From assembly GCA_951406725.2 (NCBI GenBank), contig OX597825.1:3658001-3722000 (forward strand): a stretch of 64,000 bases of DNA, read 5' to 3'. Shown here one piece after another: positions 44,073-56,745 of this stretch (positions are counted from its first letter, which is position 1; each line of letters opens with the position of its first letter). The translations under genes were made by a program, and so were the position numbers. The DNA comes from Octopus vulgaris (taxonomy: Eukaryota). The notes beneath the pieces were generated by a model. That model did no database searches, was not told the origin of the DNA, and worked only from the letters and a program-made list of their open reading frames with translations.

Positions 44073-44704
44073 CAGAGTGTAGTGCCTCTGTGCCTGCGTA
44101 TATATGTGTGCATGAGTGTGTGTGTGAGAGAGAGAGAGAGAGAAAGGACGTGCTAATGTGTATTACTACATAAAATCTCATCAAATGATCTAAAAATATA
44201 TTCGACTAATATGTTTTATCATATTTTAAGCAAACATTAGTGTTTTAAATTGAGTAACGACAAACACATGATAATAGAATTCATACAATACACCGATAAA
44301 ACATAGATCTAACGGAGACATATTGAGTGAAGTATTCCTATTTTTGTAATATGATATACTTTTATTAAATAGTAAATATGAATTTCAAAATCAAATTTAT
44401 TTGCAAAGCTCCAATAAATGTTGAAAGTTTTTAAATATATTTTCATGGTAGTTTCGGTATTTATGATTGAAGCTAAAACAGACGGCGAGAGCTAAGAACA
44501 GGCAAACAGTCATATACAAAAAGATACGTGTGTGTGTGTGAATGTATGTTTTTATCAATCTGTCACTCAATTCTGCACTACACACACAACACACATACAC
44601 AGACTCACACACGCACAAGCACACATACACATTTTCAGATATATATATATATGTGTGTGTGTATGTATATGTATATATACACATATATGTATATACATAT
44701 ATAT

Positions 44705-44742
<38 letters not shown>

Positions 44743-44863
44743 CTATGCATATGTATATATGTATGTATATATATATATACATACATATATATAATTATGT
44801 ATTGACATATTTATGTATACTTATATATATTATACATATATAATGTATATATATATAATGAAT

Positions 44864-44913
<50 letters not shown>

Positions 44914-45216
44914 TATAGCCATGCACATACATACATACATATATACATATATACATAAATACTTATAAATATACTTTAACGTAATCTTTATTCCCACTTA
45001 AACTTGGATGATCTGTCAGAACATACTTTTCTGGGATAGCACGTATGGCAGAAACTCTCATATAAGCTCTTGGTGTAAAATGCACGTTTGTTTTTATAGC
45101 TATCCTGGAGATAAATCCCCAACAAATTCCAACGCTGAGATCACCTAAACACTTGATTTGACTTCCATTATTATCTGCTACAACAGCCACTGGCGCCGCT
45201 GTTACGCAGTGAGCTT

Positions 45217-45299
<83 letters not shown>

Positions 45300-45300
<1 letters not shown>

Positions 45301-45600
45301 AATAAACTCAATGTAGAAAATTCTAAAATAGTTTTATAAAAATCATTTCAGTACCAGTTAATTTGGGGAAAAATTAAATGTAAAGATTTTGAAAGGAATA
45401 TTTGCTTAGTATATCACTGAGACAGGCAGAAGCAAGGAATATCCCCCTTGTATTTGAATACTATGTAAGTATTTTTCTAACAGTCTTTCCATTTAATTTT
45501 TTACAAAAGTTAAGTGTTTTCCACACTTACACTTGAAAAAGTCTAAATGAACGAAACCGGTACTGAAATGTTGTATGTGAGCGAATAGAAATATTTGATT
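45300..45600. mobile_element. probable Penelope-like terminal-repeat remnant with inverted 16-bp repeat and degenerate minimal hammerhead motif
   Basis: catttcagtaccagtt (45344-45359) matches aaccggtactgaaatg (45555-45570) as an inverted repeat at 15/16. cttgaaaaa-gtctaaatgaac-gaaaccggta resembles CTGANGA...GAAACCGGTH. It abuts a long (TA)n. Confidence 0.35.
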
Positions 45601-45624
45601 CTCAAGTTTGATTATTTAAGTGGC

Positions 45625-45815
45625 AGCAGCCGAGGAAGGAGAAAGTGAAAAAGGAGTTGAAGAAGAAGAAGAGGGGAGACGAGGAAGAAGAAGAAGAGGA
45701 AGAAGAAGAGGGGAGACGAGGAAGAAGAAGAAGAAGAAGAAGAAGGTGAAGAAGAAGAAAGAAGAAGCAGTAGTAGTAGTAGTAGTGGTGTCGGTAGTAG
45801 TAGTAGTAGTAGTAG

Positions 45816-45856
<41 letters not shown>

Positions 45857-45892
45857 TTACAACTACTACTATTATCATTATTATTATTAGTT
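45625..45892. repeat. compound GAA/GGA, (GTA)n, (TAC)n, (TAT)n array including a 46-bp perfect palindrome at 45794-45839
   Basis: Directly visible. Confidence 0.92.
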
Positions 45893-46930
45893 ATATAATT
45901 TGATTGATATTCACTGTCAACATGAGACGAAACTCAAGGTATATTAATCTGGGAGTCTCTTTATACTCTCCATTATTTACTGTTTAAATATTAACATCCA
46001 GGTAATACCGAAACAATTATGTATGTTGCTTTGTGAAACAGTAAGAAATAGAAACGGATAATTGTGAACAAATAGATAATATAATATTGAATGTAAATTT
46101 GATATCCTTACAAATTCCCATGGAAACTGAATATAACGTATTAAATAACATAATCTGCAGGAACATATATGTATGCAATTATATATGCAATCATATGAAT
46201 ATACTGCAAAAATATTAAATAAATCCAATTTCGAGCGACGAAATAACTCCATAGCGCTCGACGTTAGTAGGAAACTGAAATGTTTGGAATTAGCGTAGCG
46301 CTTCCATAACCCAATTAGCTATAGTCGTAAAGCGAGATCACATGTAATAGACAATTAGCACAACGGAACTATTAAAGAAGATTCTACCTGCAAGAATTAC
46401 ATAACTAGGTTTTAAGTAACGAATTTGATCAAAGGCATAATTCTTCAACATGCAAATATTAGTAAAACAAACAAAATGCAAAAATCAAAGACTACATGCA
46501 GAACTTGTCTGCATTCAGTGAGGAAATTCACAGAATTCTGGCGCCGATTTCCCTTTATTGATGTCTAATTTATTTATATTCGTACGAGAAGCGTTTGCCA
46601 ATTAACTCTTTTACATTTAGATCGTTTGTAATTGCCATGAATTTCAAACAAATACTTTTTGATGTTATCTACAGAGGCATATATTAATATCCTGGTGCCA
46701 TATCCACCTTAAAAAATGCCTTCAATGATGGATCATTTTAAGGTCTACTGCAGTACACAAAGGATAACAAGGGAATATACAAGAAATCTTTCATCCATTT
46801 CTTGGTAAAAAAAAGTATATTTATAAATGGAAGAACGCATAAGCCACTAAAATTTATGCAGTAATATAACAATGATGGCCATAAGAATGATGACGACGAC
46901 GACGATGATGATAACAATAATGATAACAAT

Positions 46931-47152
46931 AGGACAATATTTATATTAGCAAATATGTAAACACAACAAAATCAGCACTCCTGCTTACGAGAGTAAACAT
47001 CACCCTGAGCCAGTCCTTGAAGGTATAAATGTCACTATCCTCTGGCATTTTCCAGTTAACACCGACAGAATGGTACAGGCCAATCGACCAGACATAGTCA
47101 TTAAAGATAGAAAACGTGTAGACTAATTAAGGTAACTTTTGTCACTGATAAA
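46931..47152 (+). mobile_element. R4/Dong RLE fragment
   Basis: GQYLY*QICKH...HHPEPVLEGINVTILWHFPVNTDRMVQANRPDIVIKDRK. It begins immediately after a GAC/GAT/AAT tract. Confidence 0.85.
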
Positions 47153-47297
47153 GAAGTTACTGTGAATGAGGATTGCAAAATCCTGTGCGATTCACTGATT
47201 CAGTGCCACCCTCAGATTACACATTACGCAAATTTTAAATTCTTGTTGTGAAAAGAAAAGAAAATGCATGCCTCATAATCGACATAACGTATCCTCA
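47153..47297 (+). mobile_element. another decayed R4/Dong RLE fragment (different subfamily)
   Basis: VNEDCKILCDSLIQC...ILVVKRKENACLIIDITYP covers the same protein region as the preceding fragment. Confidence 0.7.
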
Positions 47298-47329
47298 TGC
47301 CGCATGTCTTATCATGAGTAGGTTTAGTG

Positions 47330-47595
47330 TGAGAGCATCATAGCCGTAATGTAGAGAGGAATTCTTTGAATAAATCAATGGATTTCGTACATCATCACAA
47401 AATGAACCGTTTTGAGGAACCTTTTGAGCAGAAAGGACTACTCGATCTGAAGAAAAGTTCAACTGGGCCCCACTTGCAAGGCCTTGCACAGTTTATATTG
47501 ATGTGAGATCACCATGTCGTGCTCAAATGATTGAGGTGCATGTGTTTGTTATAGCCTTCACAGACCGTTAGACATGGTGGGTTCATTGTGCTTCG
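47330..47595. repeat. unclassified interspersed repeat (probable)
   Basis: Higher-complexity, GC-richer island between Dong copies. It resembles a common octopus repeat from memory only, and there is no second copy in the window. Confidence 0.3.
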
Positions 47596-47654
47596 TTAAT
47601 TTGTACTCCGGCTTCAATTTGAGGGCATGCGCACTCTATTAATATCAATAATAT

Positions 47655-47702
<48 letters not shown>

Positions 47703-47723
47703 TACTACTATTACTACTACTAC

Positions 47724-47763
<40 letters not shown>

Positions 47764-47764
<1 letters not shown>

Positions 47765-48407
47765 TATTCACTGGGTAATTTGCAAAAACCTGGATTTGCC
47801 CCATGAAAAAAAACTGGTGGGAACACAATCCCCCTCCAGTGCTTGAAAATGACCACATCTTACTCCTCTGGAACTTCACCATTCAAACTGACAGAAAGAT
47901 AGATGCAAATAGGCCAGACATCATATTGAAAGACTTCAGACAAAGAACATGCCTCCTCATTGATATGACTGTCCCAATCGATATAAACGTATCTATCAAG
48001 ACCTACCAAAAACTGAGCAAATATAAAGATCTTGAAATAGAAATCAGCATAATGTGGAACCTGAAGACTAAAACAATACATGTTGTCATAGGTGCCCTGG
48101 GAATGATAGCGAAAGGGGCTGATTGCTACCTAACTCAGATACCAGGAAACCCCAAAATGGCAGAATTCAAAAGATAGTGCTCATGGGAACTACTCATATC
48201 CTACGAAAAATACTCTCTATGTAATCCCAAGGTTTTTTTTTTAATTTATGTATTAGACATTCACTAGTACAACACCAAAAAAACCCCAAATATATGACAC
48301 ACTAGGCATAACAACAACGTGAACTTCCAACCTGTTGTCTCTTGAGGTCTCTGGGTGAGACTTGGAGCCAACTTGTACAGACATAAAGCAAAAGTCAAAC
48401 ATAGAAT
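47764..48407 (+). mobile_element. young 5'-truncated R4/Dong element (RLE domain, stop, 3' UTR) inserted in (TAA)n
   Basis: YIHWVICK...WWEHNPPPVLENDHILLLWNFTIQTDRKIDANRPDIILKD...CLLIDMTVP...KLSKYKDLEIEI...VVIGALG...QKIVLMGTTHILRKILSM*. There are only two 1-nt frameshifts and no internal stops. (AAT)n lies on both sides. Confidence 0.95.
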
Positions 48408-48485
48408 GATAATAATAATAATAACAATAATAACAATAATAATAATAATAATAACAACAATAATGAAGGAGGAGGAGAAGGAGAA

Positions 48486-48520
<35 letters not shown>

Positions 48521-48586
48521 AGAAGAAGAAGAAGAAGAAGAAGAAGAAGAAGAAGAAGAAGAAGAAGAAGAAGAAGAAGAAGAAGA
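48408..48586. repeat. (AAT/AAC)n then (GGA/GAA)n microsatellite
   Basis: Directly visible. Confidence 0.95.
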
Positions 48587-48739
48587 GCCCTATCCCGGAA
48601 AAGGCCTATAAAAATGACATCATAATTTGAGATATACCAATACACACAGACAGATCAATCGCAGCATATAGATCGTATATATTTGTCAGACGGATTCTAG
48701 ATCTAAACAGTGTCGTAAACTTACCTTAATATATCGTCT

Positions 48740-48935
48740 TCAAGATTTTGTACAGCAAATTCACAGGAGGGTTTTATTTGAATACATCGAACTCAAGTGG
48801 TACTTATTTTATCGAATTCGAATGAAGGTCTAAGTCGAGCTGGGCGGAATGTCAGCTTAGAACCCAAAGGCGTAATGAGTGGCGCTGATGATTATTTTGC
48901 TTGGTGTGTTAACGATTGTGTCTGATCGCTGCTCT
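48740..48935 (-). mobile_element. SINE family B, decayed
   Basis: tggtacttattttatcga...aagtcgagctgggcggaat...gtgttaacgattg resembles the reverse complement of the 17124 copy. Confidence 0.65.
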
Positions 48936-49717
48936 ATGAAGATAAAATATTGAGAAATTATAATACTTTCCGGCGGATTGTTATTTTAACTTTCTGTACA
49001 GCTGTGCACAAAATATTGGCTTATATTCTCCATTAATGGCAACAATATAATACTCACAAATATAGGCATAATCCCAAATATTTTAATGAAAGAGTTGATC
49101 GATGCAACTGGCCTCAGTTGCGAACTGTTTAATGATATTATTTTGATGGAAGTGACGGAAGTAAAAATAGTAAGAATATAAGGAGACAAAACCAATCAGC
49201 AAATAAAAGCCAAACAGACTACCATGGTATTTGAACAACCTTGTATTCGAAGTAAATACATTTATTATTTGGTTTAAGGATATCTATTTCAGGATGTACT
49301 TTGCTTTAATTGTTACTTCTCTGGTTAACATCCACTAAAAAATAATAATTTACATCGAATGCATTTGCATATAAATAGACACACAACCTAAGACTGACAC
49401 ATATTTATAAATACTTTATAATTTGTTCAATGAGACATCTAACCACCCTCATATTTTTATATGCTATTGATTTTTATATGATTAATCTAGAATTTATTAG
49501 AATGATAATTCTTTATTTTAGATTGCTATATTTGTCACGTCCATTTGTATACCTAGAAAACCTACTATAAATTAATATATTGCGATTTACTGTAATCTGC
49601 AGTCTACATTGCCACATCTTATCTGTGTCAACAAACGGAGAAGAAATGTTCTCCGTTATTTGAGCTAAAAATAAACATTCATATTTTGAAATAAATACAA
49701 ACTTTCCGTCCATTATG

Positions 49718-49937
49718 AACGAAGGCGTGCAGAAATATCCCTGGCTTTGTGCAAAGGAAAATACAAGAGGATCGGTTAATTATGATTGTATTCAACTGAT
49801 TTCCCTCCAAGATTCACAGACTTATGGAAGCTGGCCTCCAGTTTTTCTAAACTATACAAAGGAACTCGGAAGTTTGAGCATTCAGCCAGGCAGTTCATGA
49901 TATCCTTAAAACTAGAAAACTTTCAGCACCTCTCGAA
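49718..49937. mobile_element. ~220-bp mariner-derived MITE
   Basis: Imperfect TIRs: acgaaggcgtgcagaaatatccctggcttt versus the reverse complement of the right end, tcgagaggtgctgaaagttttctagtttt. These are mariner-type CGAGGG termini, and there is no coding capacity. Confidence 0.6.
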
Positions 49938-50092
49938 TATATTTATATGTATTCCTTTACCTATAGATCTCTTTTTCTATATATATTCTGTTTCTCTTTA
50001 TATATATATATATATGTGCGAGAGTTCGAGGATTTGCATTGATGTTGGACAGGGAGAAGGAGATGGACTCAGAGCGAAGCGATAATATTGTG

Positions 50093-50134
<42 letters not shown>

Positions 50135-50275
50135 AGAGAGAGAGACATACATACATACATATAATGCTGCAAATAAAAAAAAGTTTAAAAGCTTAACTAC
50201 TAATCAATACAAATTCCAAGTCAATAGTTAAACCTGAGAAACTTGTTTTTAAATTATGATAAAACTCTGACAAAT

Positions 50276-50325
<50 letters not shown>

Positions 50326-50375
50326 TGTGTGTGTATGTGTGTGTGTGTGTATGTGCGTGTGTGTGTGAGTGTACA

Positions 50376-51477
50376 CAGAGTGCGGTGAATGAATTGTTAT
50401 CTAAATTATGCAAAAATAGAAATAACACTGACATCTCATTTTAACAGATATATTTACTTGCAACTCTTCTGGATAATATCTTTGTTTAAGATGGTGAATG
50501 CTGCCATAATCCTTGCCTTCAGTTCATTTCTGGTGTTGCAAGGAGTAGTTTTGTTGATCTCTCGCTCAACTGCGCCCCACACATAATAATCAATGGCTTT
50601 GCCACCTGGGGAGTAAGGTGCCCAGATGTTAGGAGTGATGTGGTCGCAGAAATTGCCTGACAGTTATGATTGGGCTGTCCTGCTTGTGTAGCATGGTGCA
50701 GAGTCCTGTTTCCAGACACAGGTTCTTCCAACAACTACCCTCTTGACCCACGGCAGCACTACCTCTTTCAGGTATTTGATGCAGGCATCTACGTTGAGTC
50801 TGAGTCCGTGTGGGAAGCTGAAAGGAGGCCTAACGTTGCCATCACTAGTGATTACTGCAAAAGCATGCATTCTAGGTACATGTTTTAGGGACACGAATGT
50901 ACGTTCGGTTACAAGGATTGCTTGAGTTTCTTTATAAGCTTTGTAACGCGGCCTTTCATCTTGTCATGGTTGGCTTGGGAAGAAAATTGGCATTCTTACA
51001 CATTGCATGCAGAATGCCGAACGTCTTCTAGCACTACCTGACTCAGAAGCACCTCTGGCAGTTCATGTGATTAACTTGGTGTGATCGTTGTCAATGTTAA
51101 CATAGATCACACCAACAAATTCAGGAGATTTATTTTTCTTATAAAAACGATAAAAATTGAGTTTTCTGAGCTGCAATACCTTCGTAATCACCATTAGGAT
51201 CCTCAAATAGTTACACTGAATCCTCTGCACTGTCCTCAAATTGACACCGAAAATTGACTCTGAAACTTTTGCATTGGAGGTTCCGAAACGATTGCCGAGC
51301 GGTACAGCATGTCGTTTCTAAATCTCTGTCAGGGTAAATTCCGTCAATGTGTTCCTTTTGTTAATGAGGGTACCCAACGGTCCCTACAATACTGCAATAG
51401 GCAACAAAATCAAAGACAGACTATCTGCATTCACGAAATTAATAAATATAAGCCGACAATTTACCTACCGTACCCTG
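50376..51477 (-). mobile_element. maT/DD37D Tc1-mariner transposon, ~1.1 kb, both TIRs present, internally deleted and inactive
   Basis: WKQDSAPCYTSRTAQS*LSGNFCDHITPNIWAPYSPGGKAIDYYVWG has 37 residues between the last two catalytic Asp. The TIRs cagagtgcggtgaatgaattgtt and rc cagggtacggtaggtaaattgtc match 16/23, and all mismatches are transitions. Confidence 0.92.
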
Positions 51478-51487
51478 AATAGACATA

Positions 51488-51566
<79 letters not shown>

Positions 51567-52699
51567 TACATATATATATATATATGTATGTATACATACA
51601 GTGAAAGAGAGAGTGATAGATAGATGGATAGATAAACAGATAGATATGCATATTTATGAGGGTATATATATGTATATATATATGTGTGTGTGTGTGAATA
51701 TATCTATAATTTATGCATACATAATATCATATATCCTTACACAAACACACACAGGCACACATACATATATAATTTTATGTGTAAACACTTTATGAGAGGC
51801 AGAAACGGAGCAGGCGTAGGTGTGTGTATCAGTGAGCATATCTTTAACAAAAGTTTCCCAATGCGTTTACACAAACTTGAATTTGAACTCAGAAGAGCCG
51901 TTAATGAGAGAATATTTCAACGTACACAATTTATATTAACTCTTGAACAAAGAATCTACCCACCTCAGCCAGTATCACTACATTGGATACATAAAAAATA
52001 AATTACCAAAACGATGTTGATATACAATTAAAATGGTCGTCGATAGCAATTGTCAGCAAAAGGCCATTCTATTCCGACGCAAAACTTCGACAGAATGTAA
52101 CATAATTACGCAAAATTACTGCTAATGATATATTGCTAAAGTAACACGGGAATGTTCGAGCGTTTTTATTTTTTAAATAAAAAAATAAGAAATCGATTTA
52201 CAGCATTTTTTTTTTCGTTTCACTGAGGGAGAATGGTGGTGTTTAGATAATAGTACTTTCATAACAATAGAGTTTTCAGCAATTATAATGATAATGACTA
52301 CGATGATAGCGGATCATTGCTCCTACTCGTACTGTTTTCTGGTTATGAGAATGATTGTCAAGAGGACGGTAGTGCAATTTATTGATTATGGTGATCGTTT
52401 CCATCCTAATATCTTTGCTGGAGATGGTGATTAGGATTTAGAAATATCATATAAAATTAAGCAAAAAAAAAAATAATAAATGTCTAGTGTCACAAGCTCT
52501 TATATTGATAATCAAAATGGCTGAATATAGTATTCGATGTATGAGACGAAAGTACCGAAAAATATCGATGTACACAATGGTGACGGGGATGAGTTTGAAA
52601 ATCAGCAGGTGGACAAGAAATGGAATGAGAAGAATGTGTAACATTTATACCTCTAAACATGATGATGATGAGGAAATGAAATAAAGTAGCACTGGGCAT

Positions 52700-53143
52700 G
52701 AAGAGGAGGAGGAGGAGGAAGAAGAAGAAAACGAAAAAGAAGAAGAAGAAGAAGAAGAAGAAGAAGAAGAAGACGAAGTAGAACAAGAAGACGAAGAACA
52801 AGAAGAAGACGAAGAAGAAGAAGAAGAAGAAGAAGAAGAAGAAGAAGAAGAAGAAGAAGAAGAAGAAGAAGAAGAAGAAAAGGAAGAAGGAGAAGAAGAA
52901 GAAGAAGAAGAAGAAGAAGAAGAAGAAGAAGAAGAAGAAGAAGAAGAAGAAGAAGAGAAGAACAAGAAGAAGAAGAAGAAGAAGAAGAAGAAGAAGAAGA
53001 AGAAGAAGAAGAAGAAGAAGAAGAAGAAGAAGAAGAAGAAGAAGAAGAAGAAGAAGAAGAAGAAGAAGAAGAAGAAGAAGAAAAGAAGAAGAAAGGAAGA
53101 AAAGAAGAAGAAGGAAAGAAGAAGAAGGAAGAAGAAGAAGAAG
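52700..53143. repeat. ~440-bp imperfect (GAA)n polypurine tract
   Basis: Directly visible. Confidence 0.97.
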
Positions 53144-54185
53144 TAGGTAGTTGACAAACCGGATGGTAATTATGATAATCAGAAGGAAGCTGATATTGAT
53201 ATTTAAACAAATTGTAAGATTATTATAGTAATTTTTGACAAGAACATTCGTGGCTAAAGCACAGTAATATCGTTTGCAACAACAACGACTAGGAGGTCGG
53301 CGAAGATGTCGACAACGGAAACGACGACTAACGCCGGACGACGAAGAAAACGACAACCACAACGATTCAGGTGGGGTTTATAATGATGATGATCGTCAAT
53401 TTTAACGAATAAGATTTTTTGTCATGACAACAATGTTAATGGTGCTAATTGATTTTAAACTTTATTCCCCCCCCCCTTTTAATGATCAGCTGATGCTATT
53501 TTTGGTATTTTTAAAAATGTAATATCAGATCAAACACAAAAACGTTTTCTAAGTTATCGATTTTTGGAGACACGCCTGTTTGATAATAAATATCATTCTG
53601 CGACAGGATCTATTGAATACATAGATATCAAATAAGAATATCATTAAGTACTAGTTTATATCACTATTCTGCGAGTACAGTATGTAGAGTGGAACAATTT
53701 GAACCAGTTATAACTGGAATTTACTTGAATTCTTATGTATAAAGTAAACTTTTGCAACATTATTTTACATTCAATCCAAAATATCTGATATGATATTTGT
53801 TTAAGCAGGAAGAGGGAAATTGTGTTAGCTAAAAGAAATGATATTTAAAAATAGAACTCGTCCCATGAAAGAACGATATTTCTTTCAAGAAATCCGTAAT
53901 GCATTCCTTGGAGTGTTAAAGAAAAAAATGAATGTTGATGCTAATATTTTGTTAAGTGTAAATGGAAATTTATTTGCCTCAATTCACATTTCAGCTTCAC
54001 TTTTTCTATTTTGCTTCAACAGTGAAGATTTGACATCTTAAAATATTTCATCGTCGCTTTACATATTGATTTCTAAAAAGACTTTGAAAAGAAATTCTCC
54101 ATATATACACAGACACGCACACGCACATCCAGACCCAAACACATATATGAATATATACACGTGCACATACACACACACACACACT

Positions 54186-54277
<92 letters not shown>

Positions 54278-54554
54278 CTGATATAATTATTTGTAGAAGT
54301 AATTGAGTAGCAGTGAGAACAATCTGTACCCACAAAAGAAACAACTGCTCGGATGATGTGAAGGAAAAGCATATTACAGAGGAAAGAAGATTACAATTAC
54401 ACCTGAAAGATGCGGGAAATAATGAAAGAGAAAATGCTACCAGCTCTGAGAAGGGTCGAAAGAGGAAAACCATATAAATTAGTGAATAATATGGACGAAC
54501 GACAGGGTTTAACACGATTTTTGCCCTTGGGTAGCAACAATTATTTCTTCTTTG

Positions 54555-54815
54555 CTAACCCTTAGAAAGTACGAAAATTGGTAAATATTACCTTCAAAGA
54601 TTGCTTTGTTACATTTATTCACAAAGAATCCCTCTCAAAGAATCTCTCTCAAGAAATGACGATGATGCACCGCACTACCTCTGCTCGTGATCAGTGATGC
54701 ACATATGGTCAACCACTAAAGCGCATGCGCAAGTGGTTAAGATCACGCAACTAAGAAGCAGATCCAAATCTGTGGTATTGAACAAAATATTTGCCCGTAA
54801 CAAACCATCTGTTTC
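54555..54815. repeat. unclassified interspersed repeat (probable)
   Basis: GC-richer island (ctgctcgtgatcagtgatgcacatat...aaatctgtggtattga). It resembles a common octopus repeat from memory only. Confidence 0.3.
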
Positions 54816-54937
54816 AGCATCTCAGCACCGATTCAGTCTGAAACGCAATGGAATTCCTAGTAATTGGAAATAGTCTAAAATGCCTTAATGCAGTACGATC
54901 GTTTCAAGCGACTCCATTTAATTTATTTATTTTCCTT

Positions 54938-54974
<37 letters not shown>

Positions 54975-55001
54975 ATGTGTGTGTGTGTGTGTGTATGTAT
55001 G

Positions 55002-55038
<37 letters not shown>

Positions 55039-55676
55039 GTATCTATGTATGTATGTATGTATGATGTACGTATATATGTATGTGTGCATAAATATATATA
55101 TATCGTGAGGGAAAGATATAGACAAAAATATATGCAAATATGCGTAAGTGTCCGTCCGTGTGCGTGTTGTGTATGTGTGTGTTTGCGTGCATGTGTTTAC
55201 GATATATATGTGGCGCAGTTGGAATAATAATTAAATGGATGAAATTCATCACCGATTCCTGGTAGAAGCGACATAATTTCAGTTTCACATATCTTTATTT
55301 TATAAATGTGTATGCCATTGATGACTCACTATTTGGCAAAAACAACTGTATCATTAATCTGGTCCAACAGTTGATAATAACACGTTTTCTTCGCTGAATA
55401 CAAATAATCTTAATTATTTTAACATCTTAACTAACTCTATTTTTGACTAATTATCAACGATGTTTTCCTAGTAATTGGCAATGGCCTAAAAATTCTTAAA
55501 ACGGTGTTGATTTATTTCACTCGAGATTTTCGTTTGCATTACAATTTTGAATTAAATATATCGAATTTCCTAATACGCAACTTCATATACGTACTCTTTC
55601 TCGTGTACGAAAACATAATTAATATTATTTATAGTTTGTGGAATTATATGAAAACTATCAATTTGAATGGCTTGCT

Positions 55677-55815
55677 TAAGACAGTCAGCTGGCTAAATCG
55701 TTAGCACGCCGGAGAAAATGCTTAGTGACATTTCGTCCGTTTTGCGTTCCAAGTTATAATTATTTTTCCTTTCCCGATCGATTGAATAACTACCGAGCAG
55801 TGTTGTCGGAGGTAT
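55677..55815 (+). mobile_element. SINE family B
   Basis: cagctggctaaatcgttagcacgccggagaaaatgcttagtgacatttcgtccg, homologous to the 17124 copy. Confidence 0.72.
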
Positions 55816-55874
55816 CTTCTTACTTCATTCCCTGAAATTACTGTCGCTGTACCAACATTTAAAATTAATTTTGA

Positions 55875-56080
55875 TTTTCCAAATTTTGGCAGAAATCCAG
55901 CGATTTCGTGGTGGCTTTATAAGTCGATTATATCGACATAGAGCCCAACTGGTACATATTTTATCAACTCCCGAAAGAAGGAAAGGAAAATCGGCCGTGG
56001 AACAATATAAAATCTGAACGTGAAACATATATAATGCCGCAGAGCTCTTTGTCCGGTATGCAAACGATTATGCCAGTTGC
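55875..56080 (-). mobile_element. SINE family B (inverted)
   Basis: agtcgattatatcgac...aactggtacatattttatcaactcccgaaagaaggaaagg...tgcaaacgattatgccag. Confidence 0.72.
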
Positions 56081-56105
56081 AATCCGCAAATTTCAAACGA
56101 ATATC

Positions 56106-56249
56106 GGTTTCAAATTTGAGCACTAGACCTGCAATTTCGTGGTGTAAGTCTCCCTCGGCGGAAATTGGGCACATAACATGAACAATGACGAAACGCCGCC
56201 ACTATGCATTGTGTCCTGCTTACTAACGATTGATCCAGTTCGCTTCCTT
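56106..56249 (-). mobile_element. SINE family B (inverted, internally deleted)
   Basis: tttcaaatttgagcactagacctgcaattt...cctcggcggaaatt...gacgaaacgccgc...actaacgattgatccagttcgc. Confidence 0.65.
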
Positions 56250-56745
56250 CAGATCTGAAACTAATATTAATAGCCACATTTGTTTTTATTGTCGATATAT
56301 AAGACTTATAGGTAAGAACGTCTATACGTCTAATGATTATTGGTTACTGTGCAAGAAATATCAGTAATTTGTTTAACAAACCAACCTTCTTACAAGTCTT
56401 CTATCAGTCCTTGTATTTTGATTTTCAGGCAAATACACTGTGTAGTCGACTAGGTTCTAACGTAGTTTTAGTTTCATGTTATACTAATCTTATGAAGACA
56501 TTCGTATTTTCGGAGAGAAAATAGAATATTGCAGGATATATCTGTTTTGCTATATTTTATCACTTTTATTTGGCGTTGTCTTCTTTCCTTCTTATAGTTT
56601 AGAAATTTTGGTGCAATATCTAAGTAATAATTCCGAAATGCGCAAATGAGAATTGCACTGTTAAAATTCAGAAGGATGAACTGATTCCATCAGTATTGTC
56701 AGAATTCAATTTACGCCGGTGATTGCCTTCGAATTAGTGCAATAG

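Noticed and set aside
44963-45190. 75-aa minus-strand ORF of normal complexity
   Set aside because: No recognisable homology or splice context, and the length is within chance expectation.
49634-49657. 9-bp hairpin resembling an intrinsic terminator
   Set aside because: The DNA is eukaryotic, there is no upstream gene, and short stems are expected by chance.
52490-53362. Longest ORF (290 aa, poly-L/F/S) and overlapping ORFs
   Set aside because: They are stop-free only because they read through (TTC)n, and they have no domain content.
54285-54480. Candidate coding exon after ttattttgtag
   Set aside because: All three frames hit a stop within 20 nt of the putative acceptor, and there is no recognisable protein.
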